64,000 nucleotides of DNA from Anthoceros angustus (lineage: Eukaryota > Plantae > Anthocerotophyta). Positions 13,445 to 26,449 of the stretch are shown piece by piece. The first letter of the stretch is position 1. Every line of letters starts with the position of its first letter. The stretch lies in contig MU008219.1 of NCBI GenBank assembly GCA_010909165.1, positions 1-64,000 of the forward strand. Reading direction: 5' to 3'. A model generated the notes under the pieces. It did not search any database and was not told the DNA's origin. It worked only from the letters and a program-made list of their open reading frames with translations. The position numbers were made by a program, and so were the translations under genes.

Positions 13445-16400
13445 TGTGGTGACCACATGGGTACTGCACTCTAAAGGAGTGTTTTTGTTTTGTGTTTAAG
13501 TAGAATCGTGGAGTTGGAATGTGAAGTAGGTTAGGAAATAAAGAAAAGTCTACTAGAGCCTAGTAGGAGGAAGAGAGTCTAGTCCCGATCCCGGATGTAA
13601 CCTGAGGGTTGGCGCTCGACCGTTGCTAACGCTGCTAGGGCCGTTCTGTGGCCTGACTATGACCACAACCGACGGAGTTGCTATGGTAGCAACCAAGTTG
13701 GAGTTTCTTTTCGATGACTTCGGAAAATCCAATCGATGGAATCACAAGGAATACCCAAACGGAAGTAACGGGGGCTGGCAATTAAGTCCGATGGAAGAGT
13801 ATTTGCATCGAATCCAGCGATCGAAGACGGCGCCGCACCGAATTCGAGCGATCGGGTGGAGGCGAGCGAACGGATGCAAGGCGAGGTGTCGCAGTGATCG
13901 TGAGTCCAACGACGAGCCAGCAGAGACCAAACCGGTTTGGCGGATTGAGAGGGGGCCGGAGGAGGAGCGCGAACTGGAGGCAGCACCCTGCGAGGCGGCG
14001 AATGAAGGTTGGAGAACGCCCAGTGCGGCGGCTGGGGCAATGGAGGTGCAGGCCGGGCGCGGTCAGAACCGCCCATCAAGAGTGGGGAGTAATCGGGCCG
14101 TGCAACTCGGAGAAGGCTCGTGTGTGGCGACTGTGCCGCAGGAAGCACAAGAGCAGGGCAAGTGATAGGCGTGAAGGGGGCCGGGAACTGCAGAAAAGAG
14201 AAGTGCACGGGCAATAAGAATCGAGGCACGCACCGGGAGGTCGCGGGGGCAAGACAAAGCGCACTAGGGGTCACGCTCAACTGTGGTTGCAGGATACACC
14301 TCCAAGCCTCATACAACCGAGGTAGGCCGGAGGCGACCGCCCGAGCCGAGGGAGGTGTATTGGCCGTGGGGTTTCACGAGAGGAGCCGTGTCAAGAATCG
14401 TAAAACGGGAAGCATAGATGGTAGCCGGACACCTTCTGTGAAGCTCTAAGGTGTCATAGGACAGGAGCATGGCACCTAAGAAGAACTCCCCGCCATTGAG
14501 GCCATTACGACGCCCAATGGCCCAATATGGGGCAATCGGAGAGTGAAGGCGGGTCTTTGGTGGCTAAGCATCACCGTCCTTCATGGACAAAAAGTGGTGC
14601 TACAATAGCCCCACGTTGGTTTTGGAGTGTGCAGCGCATGAGGGAGAAGGCCATTGGGGAAGGCAACGTGAGGACCAACCCCGCACTGGAATATTCAGCT
14701 GCCTTTATGAGAGACCAAGAGGAATGTGGATAATCATTGACCCTTTCAGAAACCATCTCCTCAAAAGTCGCAGGAGGCACAAGCGCCATTGCTCCCACAT
14801 TGTCTAGAGTGGAGAATGGTCACCAACAAGCTAGACGAAATGGCCGGATTAGCCAGTGATCCCGTGCTCTCACTCACTAAGAAGCCGAGCACACGACCAT
14901 TTTGTCTTTCTATGAGGTGGTGAGAGGGTCCAAGATAGATTGGGCCGGATGTTCTATGACACAGTGCGGTGGAGAGGGACCACTTGACCCTACCATCACC
15001 TAGCCCCTCACTCTATCTCCTTCTTAATCCACGTTTTTGACCATGCCAAGTTGCGGAGGGAATGGAGATGGTCTCGACCTTTCATGCTGGAGGCCGGTGT
15101 TTGAAAGAAGGAAGCCCAAAGAGGAGTCGAGGAAGAGGCCATCTAAGTGGCACCGGGAGTGAAGATGAGAAGTCCAAGTGTCCATGAAAAGGAATGTGAC
15201 TGTAAGGTAGCCAAGGGTTAACAAGGCAACTAGCTAAGGCCCCAACAGTACCAAGAGGAGCGGGAGCAACGGGGACTCCAACAACACCTAGAGCCACAAG
15301 AGCGCACGGGAGCTCACCGATGTATAAGACAAGGGCAAGGCTGAAAAGACCAATATCCTGTGGAGCCTGGGGAAACCACAGTCAACGGAGGAATCACCAA
15401 CCTTGGGCACCGAGATCCGAGAAAGTGACTACACTGCTCAAGGGTGGCTTTCAAGTATACCGGAAGTTGTGCAGGGGCGGTCACCGCGACAGATAGGAAG
15501 GAGGGAGCCCATTCCCAAAGAAGGTTTGGGACCTAACATCACCCTACGGAGTTGGTTTCATGGCACGCACGCAGTAGATGGAAGATCGATAGCTCGTCCT
15601 CTCCTTGTTAGGTTTACAGCGCAGCAAGGGAAGCAACAGGGAGCATGGAGGAGCTAAGATGAAGAAGGAGAAGGAGGTTTTGAGGGACGCCTAGCATGGA
15701 AGTGGAAATAGGAAGGTCCGAGAGAGTTGCAGTCTAAGGACCAGAAGCCCTCATGGCTCACCGACATACAGCACCATAGGGAGTGCAGAATGTTATTTCG
15801 GATGCACAAGTGCAGCCGAAACCTCGGATGCCTCACGAGCGCCAAGAAGGAGAGGGACGAGGCTAGGAAAGGTGGAAGGAGGCCAAGAGGGCTGTGATTG
15901 CAAGGAGGGCCACCGTGGAAGAGGCGAGCTTATGGAAGAATCTCGAGTTAGCAAAATGAGGAGGTTGCTAAGCAAGCAACCGCCGTTGCTAGGAAGCAAC
16001 ACCTGCACTGCTAGGAAGCAACAGAATAAGCTCCAAGACCAAAGCCACGAAGGAAGAAGGGGCACAAGACGTGAGGAGGACAACAGCTGGGGAGCGGTAA
16101 GCACCGCCTAAGAAGTCTAACTTCCCAATGGTGCATTAGATTGAGGATGCTTATCAAGATAATCATGTGCCCGGATTCTCCTTGGAGAGAAGATTGTCAC
16201 GAAAGTTTATGTTGTTGTGGGCACAGGAGGGACATGGAGGTACTTGATCCATGCCTTGACGGCACGGATCCTACCTATGGGTTGGACTCACGGAGGAGAC
16301 TTTCACCGACCCATCCGATTCAAGAGCTCACCGAGGAGGAGTAGGGCTGTCTGGCGAGCACAAGAGAGGAAGAGTCCAGCTCGAGGAGTGGAGATTTGTG

Positions 16401-17724
16401 GGAGAGATTGCCCAACCAAGAGGCGAGAGGAGAACATGGGCCTAGGCGGCCTAGGAGGCCTGTGGAGGGATAATAGGGGTAAGTGGCCTGAAATAGATGA
16501 AGGCCCATGTGTTATAGACAATCTTCCTCATAGTGGATAGAATTAAGAGATAGGCCTCTAGGTTGGTAGGCTGACGATTGGTATTTTTGGCAAGTAGCCA
16601 AGCTACTTTTGTGGGCGATCTTATAAGAGGCAGCCCTCTTGATGAAATGCAAGCAATGTTGGCCTAAAGTCTCGGTGTTGAGCACGGGGTTTGGGGGGTA
16701 CTGATCCGGAGTCTAGGCACCGCTTTCTCCGCTGTGAGGAGCCGAGAAGACTACTGTTGCCCATCCGTGTGACCGATCCGCAAGAGTGGTGGAAAGCAAG
16801 GAGGGAACTGGTGATCTCCTTGGGGAGTTCCCAAGGATAAGAGGAAGGGGTTGTGAAGCCGGGAGGCGCCATTCTTACTCATTCCCTTCACTTGTCTAGT
16901 ACTCACCTTGTGTTTGAGTTTTCAGGTGAGGTCATGTGGGAAAAGGAGACAAGGCGGGGAGCCTGTGGGTGGAAGAGAAGGTCAAGTGAGACGGAACCGT
17001 GGGTTTGTATGCTTGGAAAATGTGAGCGAAAAGTGAACTGTGAGAGGAGTGGAAGGACATGGAGAGTTGATTGGTGGAGAGAAGTAAGAGGGATTGGAGA
17101 AGTCAAGTGATGTTTCCGAGAAAGTGGAGATTGAATGAGGCCGTGAGGTGTGAGAACAAGGAGCGCGGAAGGGGTTGCAGAGGAAACTTGGGGAGTATGG
17201 AGAGAGGCAAGAGGTACCTGTGAGTGAGAGCTGGGAGGACTGTATGAAGCTTGGGAGGAAAGCTGAAAGGTTGGAGGGAAGAAAGAGAGATCCGGGAAGT
17301 GCAAGAGTAAGGAGGTGGGTGTGATCGGTAACCACGATTGGTGGATCGACTTTGTGGAAGGATAAGAGAGAGGGTGTCCAATCTTATCCACTTGGACCCC
17401 AAGTGGGCCCCACCTTCTATTAATAGGGCTGAACCCGAGATGGGCCCCCCTCTAAAATAGAGGGTGGTTGCTAAGATAGCAACCGGGTCGTCGCTGCTAA
17501 GGTAGCAACAGGGTCGCGTGGCTAAGATAGCCATGTGTCCGAGTGTTGTTAGGATAGTAGTGTCGTAGTCGCTAGATGTTTTGTATGTCCGTGTTTGGTT
17601 GGATTGGCTATGTTTTGGTTGTCTTGACACGAAATCACTCCCTTGGGTACGAATCTCAAGTCTACAACGATAAGAGGGTAAATGTGGCCTCTTTGTGACC
17701 ACTTGGTTTAGAAAATCACCCACA
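13445..17724 (+). repeat. 3' LTR (~4.28 kb)
   Basis: TGTGGTGACC...AAAATCACCCACA, with TG...CA termini and a short terminal inverted repeat. Confidence 0.95.
14200..16872 (-). other. Putative antisense ORF of unknown function inside the LTR (equivalent at ~4050-6730)
   Basis: Starts MAPPGFTTPSSYPWELPKE after a long pyrimidine-rich leader. Colinear protein-like fragments recur across LTR copies (HMGLHLFQATYPYY, GHMIILISILNLMHHWEVRLL, ALVPPATFEEMVSERVNDYPHSSWSLI). No family recognised. Broken by indels. Confidence 0.45.
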
Positions 17725-18200
17725 CCTGGACTTGACCACCGTGCAGGAGACCTGACCACTAACCGTGCTTCTTCTAACGCCCCGCCATCTTGCAAAAGTT
17801 CATTCACAACCTTCGTCCTCACTAGTACCAAATTGCGTGCCTTGCTCGCCCACGAACAACATCGGAGTCCCCTCTCGCCCATGTGGTTGCATGGCCTCCT
17901 TGACCATTTCACCCCGTGCTTATCAAGGCTTTAACGGTGCATCGTTGTCCATCAGACTCACCGCTACCAAGAAAGATCCAGACTGTCACATCACCGCTGG
18001 TTAGAACACCACCCCTTGCGAAATTGATTGCGCCATTCGAGATCAAGTGCTGCAGGCGTCGGCCGTCCGCCTCACGGGCTTGTCCCCCTTCCACGATTCC
18101 CACTTTCCCTTCTTGCACCGCCGCCACCGCCCTCGAAAGGTTGCCTCCCTTGTCCCCATGCTTAAACACCGCCAAGATGCTGTGTGCTCTGTGTTACCCG
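17725..18200 (-). pseudogene. CACTA TnpA-like gene, 5' part upstream of the LTR insertion
   Basis: GC-rich coding-like minus-strand fragments lying between the transposase and the insertion. Positionally continuous with 3261-2200. Confidence 0.4.
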
Positions 18201-19149
18201 TTTGTCCACCATGCCCACTAACCCGCCGAAACTTCAAACGTGCACACTTTTTATTGCCGCAAAGTGTGCACTTGGTGTGCACATACCCAAGATCACTTGC
18301 CGTTAAATCGACTCGCGACAACCAACCTCATCCGACGTAAATAGCTCCTCCTCTATGTCGCTCAATTCTTGCACGCAATGCTCCAACTCCGCATCCGTCG
18401 GTGGGAGGTTCCGATCTCGGCGTCGTCAAAATCAACTCGCTCGCCAGCCCATCTCGCCTCTTACGACCGCCTTGATGAGGAGGCCGCTTCTTGGTCGCCG
18501 ATGTCGAATGAAGACCCGTGGGTGCGGGGATGAGCGACACCGAGGCCGCTTTGCCCCCATCCTCCCCACCCGGTCGGTCCATCGTCGTCGACGCTGCGCG
18601 ACGCCGCCTGACCGTGGTGTTCGCAGCCCAGACGCGACTCCGGCAAGAAGCCTCACCGCCATACTCTCCACCTTGTGAACGGTTGTCCACCGCCTGCTCC
18701 ATGTCAAGGCAATGGCTTCCTCTCAAAGGCGCCAAAGCCATGAGTCCCTATGCGCATTCAAGAGCCCATTTTGAAAAAGCTTGTTTGCAAAGGCAGCGGT
18801 GGTCATTTATCGCTATCGACCCAACCGCTGCGTGCACTGCTACTTGCCCATAATCACAACATTTTCGACCACAACCTCGGCAGATCGTGGAGCAATTTTC
18901 ATGTCCCATTGGTTACGTGCGTTACTCGTGATGTATGATATTGCCCAAATGGCGCAGCTCTCAATGCCCCCATTACTCCATTTTAACGAATCATCGACTT
19001 CCTCGACCATTCCCACACGTCACTTGGGTATTGGCACATTCCGCCATTGGATCGTGCTTGTTTGTTTGGAAATACTTTAATGCCCACTTGGCATCTTGGT
19101 TTTGCCCCCATCCGTTCAGCTACTCAAACGACATGCCACAATCTATGTG

Positions 19150-22118
19150 CCAGGTAGCATGGGTTCCTCCTCTCTCCATCCCCTCGCCGGAGTAGGCACG
19201 GCCAAGGCCCACCCCCTGTTTCCATCCACTGTCTCCGGATGCATCATGCACTGAGTTACCTGCGATGGCCACACAAATGGACCATCGATGGAGTGCATAC
19301 AGAAACCTTCTCGGTATTCACAAGGTCAAACCCGGTGTCGACTTAGCGATGGCCTTGTCCCTCTGGCCGACACTCGTACCATCCAACCTTCAATGAAGGA
19401 TTATACTCCGAACTCGCATCCGCAGATTTGCTATGTGGCCGTAGAAGACGCGCCTCCTCTTGAGCTCCCGGCAGCCCTGTCCCACCCATGATAAACTTTG
19501 CGCTGCACTATCTTTTGTGCTCCGCCGCTTGCCTCCGCCGCTCGAGGTGGCGCCTTTGTTCCACATGTGACTATGTGCCGTGCTTGCAACGCGGGCCATC
19601 CATTATAGCCCTCACTTGTGGGTCATAGCAGGATGCCCCTCCCAAGCGCTCACCGCCTTCTTGCACCCACCTCTTGAAACTTCGTCGTTCCTCATGTGCA
19701 CCGTACATCCTCACCTCTTCGTCGTACATGTCCAAAACGCTGCATCACCTTCGTGATACAAAGACATAAGTATGGGCTGGCGCACCTCAGCGGCATCCAT
19801 TGTGTGCAGGGACACCGACTTTTCTCCCACACGGTCCTCAGGACTCCATGATCCACCGACGTGACCATAGTAACGCCGGAGGAATGACATGCCGAAATGC
19901 ATACTCTCCTCTCATATACCCCACGGCTATCTTGGACTCTGGTTTGTTGGCGCTTCTCGGATCCTAAGTATCTCTCCACCGGGTACATCCACCTGGTGTG
20001 CACTGGGCCCAATGCAGCCACCTCGTCCACTAAATGTATTATGAGGTGGGTTGATATATCAAAGACCTTTGGAGGAATTGCTTTTCCGAGAGCACATCAC
20101 CCGCATGACCTCTTCTCGTTGTGCTTGAATTTCATGGCGGTCTTGTGTTGCAAATCCATCTGCCGACCCAATTTTCACAACCGCCTTGTACACCTCGGGT
20201 CTATGCACCGAAGGACGATGGGAAGATGATTTCCAGCATGATGTGCCAGTCATGGCACTTCAAGCTGCCCACTTTGCCCCCCTCTAATTTCGCTCCTATG
20301 TTAGACCCATAGCCTGTGGGCAGCTTTATGCGTTTAATTCTCTCTATGACTTGACGGAGGTCGTCTTTCGCCAAAACGTAAGACGCCTCGGGGCAATGGC
20401 AGTCCTCTCCTACCGGCCACAACCACCTTTTCCCTCCATTGGCTTCCATGTCCATCCTTGATGCTAGGTCGTCTCGCTCTCCCGTCAAAGTGTGCCATAT
20501 GGCCTCTGCATTGTTCTTTTCCACGTGCATGACATCCTTTGGCGCCATCACAAGAAGGTGACGCCAATATGGGAGCACCCTAAACAGAGAAGACATCCGC
20601 CGCGTTCCAAAATTTCCTCGCTGCCGGATCTCGGCGGGTGGCGCACCTTCTCTGCGTACCATATCTGTCACCACATCATCAAACGTTGGTGGCCTGGGTG
20701 GGGGACGGAGTTCCGCCCGTCCATCGTACCAGTCCATGTCTTCCCACCGTCCGCTATCGCCTTCGGGCAACCACCTCCTGTTGCCAACATAAACCTGCTT
20801 TTTTAACTGATGAGAATAGCGGGAATCCAGGTCCAGCCAGCAATCCACACACGCCCGGGTCCCTTTCACTTGCAATCCAGTCAGGGTGCCCAACCCTGGG
20901 TAGTCGGCAATGACGTTCAGCACCGCTGCTCGCACCCTAAAATGCCTCCTAGGATCGTTCACCGGTATTGAAAAGTCTTCCATGTCCACCCCTCTCCACA
21001 GCTCTTCCAGTTCTTCTACCAGGGGCGCCATATAAACATCAAAATTTTTACCATGCCCGGTCCTGGTACAATGAGAGGCATGATGACATGGGCGTCCTTT
21101 GTGCAAGCCCAGGGAGGCATGTTGTGAACGAATAGCATAAGCGGCCATATGGACGTGTTGATGCACTGTGACCAAAGGGGTTGAAGCCGTGCATAATGCC
21201 AACCTCAAGTTGCGAGGTTCATCCCGAACCCTTCAAGCATCAAATACTCTCCATGTTGGGGTGTCGCCATCATGGACATGTCCCCATTCTCGCTTTGCCT
21301 CCCGACGTACCAAGTCATCATCGCTATTTCCGATTGAACATGCGTTTCAATCGCGTCTTGAGGAAATGCGGAGGACCTTGCGAAGATCTCGCTCATCAAA
21401 CCCTTCCTTGTACGCGTGCCACCGGGGCAATGGACGCTGCCCGCGTACTCACCACGAATAGAATACAATCTTTTCACAAGCATGGATTTTCACGTATCTT
21501 GGCCCAAACATGTGCAACGACTTTGCCTCGTACATGTCCTTGACTTGTTCGAACGCAAAATATCCACACTTAAGAGCTTTAAAAGTGACACTGACGCCAT
21601 CGATGTCATACATCGTTTGCCAACAACAACGATGTTGCGCTTAGCCCGCTTTCTTTCGATTGGACTTCCTCTTCAATGTGGTATAACGGCGTTTCAGCTC
21701 GACAAGCGGTACGGACTCCATCTCGCCATCGCAACATCCGTGGCTTCCAAAGAACTCGCCCCACCGTGTGCACCGGGCATATCATCACCTCCGAACCCTC
21801 ATCCATACTTTCGTCGTCGGAACTACTAGTGTGGTCGGTAGGATGGCCACCTGCTTCGCTGACCCATCCGAGCCGTATCCGAATCCCGGGGAGACGCCAA
21901 GACGGCGCTCTTCTATGCTCGTGTCTCGCCGACCGCAAAAGCCACCTTAAAGCTAGAATTGGAGTGCATTTGCTGGCCATTGATGCGAGAGAACTCACGG
22001 CCACGCGCGGAGTCCGGCGCAGTGAATTCTTGAAATGTGTGCGAATACGAGCTGCGAGCTCGCGAGCTGAGTGGCGGCAGGGACAATACATGTACACCGC
22101 ATCTGCATTTCGTGGCAT
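19150..22118 (-). pseudogene. CACTA/En-Spm transposase (TnpD-like: Transposase_21, DUF4218, DUF4216), frameshifted
   Basis: N-terminal MYCPC. NFDVYMAPLVEELEELWRGV, VIADYPGLGTLTG, DVMHVEKN, IKLPTGYGSNI, LKCHDWH, LGPVHTRWMYPVERYL, VFYGHIA and PFVWPSQVTQ..GW. Confidence 0.95.
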
Positions 22119-25100
22119 CCTCCCCAGGGTCGTGATCTGGTAGGCACGGCAACCACAGCACAGCAAGGGTGGTACATCCGTTATCCGAACGCCCCGTCCC
22201 CACGTGTGCAATCATGACTTCATGACCCATAAACACAGACGACACGTAGGAGCTGGAACGTGCTTGCAGAAACCATGGACGGAAGCACAAACGTCACCTG
22301 CTTATGGAGATCCCGCCGTCCGTGATGACCCGGCGGTAAGTCGGACGATCGGGGGCGACGCCGAGGCGATGCGCGCACGTGACGGCAAAGATCGGGACAA
22401 GAACCTCGCCTCGGACATGAGCAGAATTTGCGCAGAGGAGCCACCGTCTTCCAATCCCAACTCGGGCGAGAGCACGGTTGGCGAGCACGCCACGGATGCA
22501 CGCAATGTTCGCGACGGTCGGCACGCTGGAAGCACCGCCGGGCGTTATGTCAGCGTGGTAGCCGACTCTTCCGACGGGCGGAGATTGGGCGTAGGGGTGA
22601 CACGCAATGGAAAGGGAGGATGTGCGCTGCTAGCTTGGTGGTCGGCACCAGCGGTCGGAGATGGTTGACACGCTATCGGATTGCATTTGGGGATGCGTGT
22701 TTTGATTTAAAGTTGATTACACACAATCCAAAGTTCGACAACGGCCTTGATCGTCCTAAGCTTGCAAGCAAATGCGAACAAAGCGTTCGAGGAGGCGCCT
22801 TCCCCTTGGTGTAAACAACCTCCTTCATGTCCACTTGCTCTGGCAAGGAATAGTGTTGAGCTCATTGTCTCAAAGTCTCTGACAGCTCCCATGTTGCGTC
22901 GCCATTCTGTGAAAGGGCATCGAACCCGGTGCCGCAGAGTGCGTTCCATCCGTCTCGTCCAACGCATCCCAATTCCATTCTGTGAAGTGTGTAGCTTGCC
23001 AGGCCGCTTGGACGTGAAGCCCCACATCGGCTTTGTTCTATCGAACAGCGATTTCACAACCTCCTCCTTGGATCGTGGCCTCTGCAGAAATTGTAGCTCG
23101 AATGCGGTTCGCCTCTTCTTCCCATGGAGGAAATGTGGCTTGGGCTGGCACTCCGTCGGCGCCCGGATGCCGCCGCCAGCGATTGCTCCTCCACTTTCCT
23201 CTTGCCCTTCGCATCACCCGGGGCGGATCGGTCCCTACGGGAGGGTGGCGTGTACATCCGCCTTACCCTTCTCTCTCAATCTCCTCTCGCCTTCAACTTC
23301 CGAGGCTTGCTAGCGACCGCAATCCTTGCCAATTCTCTCCATCGAGGTATGCAATGGACCGGAATCTAGAGAATGCCTTGTGCATCTAGGAGGAGAAGGC
23401 AAAGAGCTATAGCACCAATCACCATACTTTGTTTATTACGCGTGACTCGGAAGGACGCGAACGGTGACTTGTCATGTCCGGTCAACGGTATGAACGGGCA
23501 CCAAACCATACCCATCCATTCCGCCATGCGAGCGGATGAGTCATCGAGTTTTATTGGGTGACGATGAGAAGTACACGTAGTGATCAAAGAAGAAGGACTT
23601 TCCCATCCCAGTTTAATTACGGTAATCATATACCCCACATTGTGAGGTATAAACCGTCCCTAGTCACACGACGACGCCGTGATCCGAGACAAGAGCCAAG
23701 GCGGCACTCCATACCGGTCCTTGATGGCCGACAAGAGGAGAGCAACCTCCGTCCATCATCCTTGATGGCCATCGTCATTGACAGGAACCGCCTCGCCTTG
23801 ATGGGCATCGTCCCAGAGCAACAACGATGTGCAAACACTTCGCAATGATCCACAAGAGGGTGAGGGAGCGGAATGTTGCGGGTTCAAATGCGGATTCCAC
23901 AACACTTCACACCGCATGAACTTGCGGGTTGGAGAAAAGGGCCAAACAAAAGTGTTCACATGCGGCGCCTCCGAGCACCAATCCATACCGTGCGGTCACA
24001 CGAACACCATGCCCGCACTGTAGAAGGGACCACCTCGCTAGAGAAGGAACCACCACCGAACGGCAAGACGCCGTGAGGGATAGCAAGAGGAGAGCCCACG
24101 CCGTGAAGGCGGGGACACGCGCCCAACATTCCCATATGATCCTTGATGGCCATCGGCGATTTTCGGGCAGAAGATGGAGACATGCACACACGCCTCGTCT
24201 TTGCGAGCTACCGATGGATACCCACGGTGGTTTCGGCGGAAGCTCGTTGCGGCATACTTGCACATGTCCGTCATAGACGGCACAAGGTAGAGCGAGGCGT
24301 GTTTCACTGGAAGACAAGCTCGCCCTCGGATGCGAAGATGACCAAAACAAAGGTAGTAGCGTGAAGCGAGGGCAAGGTGGTGACATTTAAAGCGGAACAC
24401 GACGACCTTAGGCAGCCTCTTGTCCCCCGTGCCACATCGGGTTGCGGATGAGAGGATCTTGAATTTCAGCCGTTCCTTACATGTGAGAAAGGAGACATGG
24501 CGGTGGCATGGCGCCCGCCATCGAATGTGACGGTTGGCGGTAAATTCATGGAGGGCGGTGGCGCGGGGCAAAGCGCGGAACACGAAGGTAGATGTCATGT
24601 CTCCCAAGGTCCGGATATCCTGCGACGGCAGTGCGCGAGTGACGCCGTGAGCCGTTGGCGCCTGCCGGAAGGTGAATACATGACACGTTACGCCATGTGA
24701 CGCGTTTGATTGGTGGATCGCACAACGGAGTCTCGAACGATGCACATCATTATATGGGAGAACGCGAATTGGCATATATGGCAAATTCACATACGGGTCC
24801 TTCATTCATGGCATAATGAATGGGGGCATTTAGTTTGCTTGAATGGCTCTCACGTGCCACCTACCGTCCTTGCACAATGGTGTAGAAGAAGCGGATCGAA
24901 ATAGAGAACGGCGTCACAATGCACACGACCTTGGACATGGCATGTTTTCTACCATGCCTGCTTTTCAAATATTAAAATGGCTTCACCACACCTTTCTTGG
25001 ACAACGGTGGAGAAGACAAGTTTATGCGAGAGATAGGGAGCCATTGTCTTTGGTTCATGGCGTTGTCAAGGCCATGACATTGTCATGGCCTTCAACATAG

Positions 25101-25469
25101 GGGACCATACATGGCATGCATGGAGGAATGGCAAGCCAAGGTTGCGGTGTGGCAGCACGCCACGAAGTCTCCTCCTCTCTCCTCTTTCCTCCCTCCCCAC
25201 ACCGCGCCGCCCCACGCCGCACCACCACTCCCCACACACCATGGCCACCGCCATACCGTCACCACGGCTCCACGGAATGTGGTCGCGGACATCGCCGCAT
25301 CGCTGGATCGGTAGGCAATGTGGTATGCGAACGGGCAAAGCATAAAAATAGCAAATTAACACATGCATGGTCCGTGGAGCATGGCGGGTTCTAAGTCGGT
25401 CTTGCCCTTGAATGGCATGCACATCATGGGCATTACCCATTTAAATGGCATTGCGAACACTTGTCCACA

Positions 25470-25890
25470 AAGGGCAAATTCATCCTTGGCTCTCCAAATG
25501 GTCATCCGGAATGGCCAAAATTGACATGAGGCAAAGACATGGTCATGACGAATGAGGAACATTTGTCCTTGGGTCACGTGATCATGCATGATGGGAATGT
25601 ATTGTCCTTGGACCACGAACGGTAATGAACAATGGCAAATTAGTGTCCGTCGATCGAAAATGATCTTCCATAATGGGAAACATTTGTCCTTGTCAAATGG
25701 TCATCCGAATGGCCAAAATTGACTGAGGCACATGGTCATGACAAATGAGGAACATTTGTCCTTGGGTCACGAAATGACCATACATAACGGAATGTTTTGT
25801 CCTTGGACCACGAAATGCGCATGAGCAAAGGGAAATTATTTTCCTTCGATGCGATATGGTAATCCATAATGGGCTAAATTTGTCCTTGGA
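25470..25890. repeat. Cluster of short TTGTCCTTG(G) motifs within a ~200 bp tandem duplication
   Basis: AAATGGTCATCC...CATTTGTCCTTGGGTCACG at ~25496 and ~25695. About six TTGTCCTTG copies. Confidence 0.75.
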
Positions 25891-26449
25891 TGAAAATCGT
25901 ATAAACACGGGATGCCTATATATGCCAAACATGCATGGATGCCATATGTGCAGAATGGTGTGGTGGACAATCGCCGGTTGCGCAGTGTTTTAGGCATGTG
26001 AATGCCACATGTACACATATAGGTGGTGGGCGCAAACTCCGAGTTTGTGCCCGAAATCGGCATGCATGGCACATGAGCCACCGGCATGCCCTAGGACTTG
26101 CGCCCTCGCCTCCCCCTCTTCTCCTCTTGCCCCTCTTCCCCATCACCAGTGGTTACCTCACCGCCTTGTCGGCCATCGCACGGAGTTCCTGCTCACTTTG
26201 TCGCCATCGGTTGTGCATGTGCAGTGACTCGGTTGGCCTTCCTCGACCATGGTTTGGGACGTTGACTTTGAGGATTTGGCTCGCTCGCTTAAGCTCGGAA
26301 CAACGCCGCCAATCCGGGCCGGATGTCCGTGCCCATAACGCCGGGAAGGAGGATTAGCCCATCGACGCGCGGCGCCAGCCGAGAGGAGAGGCCGAAGCCG
26401 GAAAATGGTCCACAAGAAGGACTTGGCGCAGAGCGAGACGGGCCCAACG

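Larger units (their letters stand above)
3262..17724 (+). mobile_element. Full-length Ty3/Gypsy LTR retrotransposon (non-chromovirus, Athila/Tat-like), ~14.5 kb
   Basis: Two ~4.28 kb direct repeats, PBS, gag-PR-RT-RH-INT order, and PPT. No chromodomain seen after INT. TSD not recoverable. Confidence 0.95.

Noticed and set aside
3262-17724. Dating the insertion, or calling the element ancient, from LTR divergence and frameshifts
   Set aside because: Differences are dominated by scattered small indels typical of unpolished long-read consensus, while single-copy genes are clean. Age cannot be read from this sequence.
17820-17833. CACTAGTACCAAA as a CACTA terminal inverted repeat
   Set aside because: It lies inside coding-like TnpA sequence, with no matching partner or subterminal repeats.
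23620-23810. Ulp1/C48 protease motifs (VPVNDDGH...QCGVY) on the minus strand
   Set aside because: The motifs are isolated, separated by stops and poorly spaced. Plausible for a CACTA but not supportable without a consensus.
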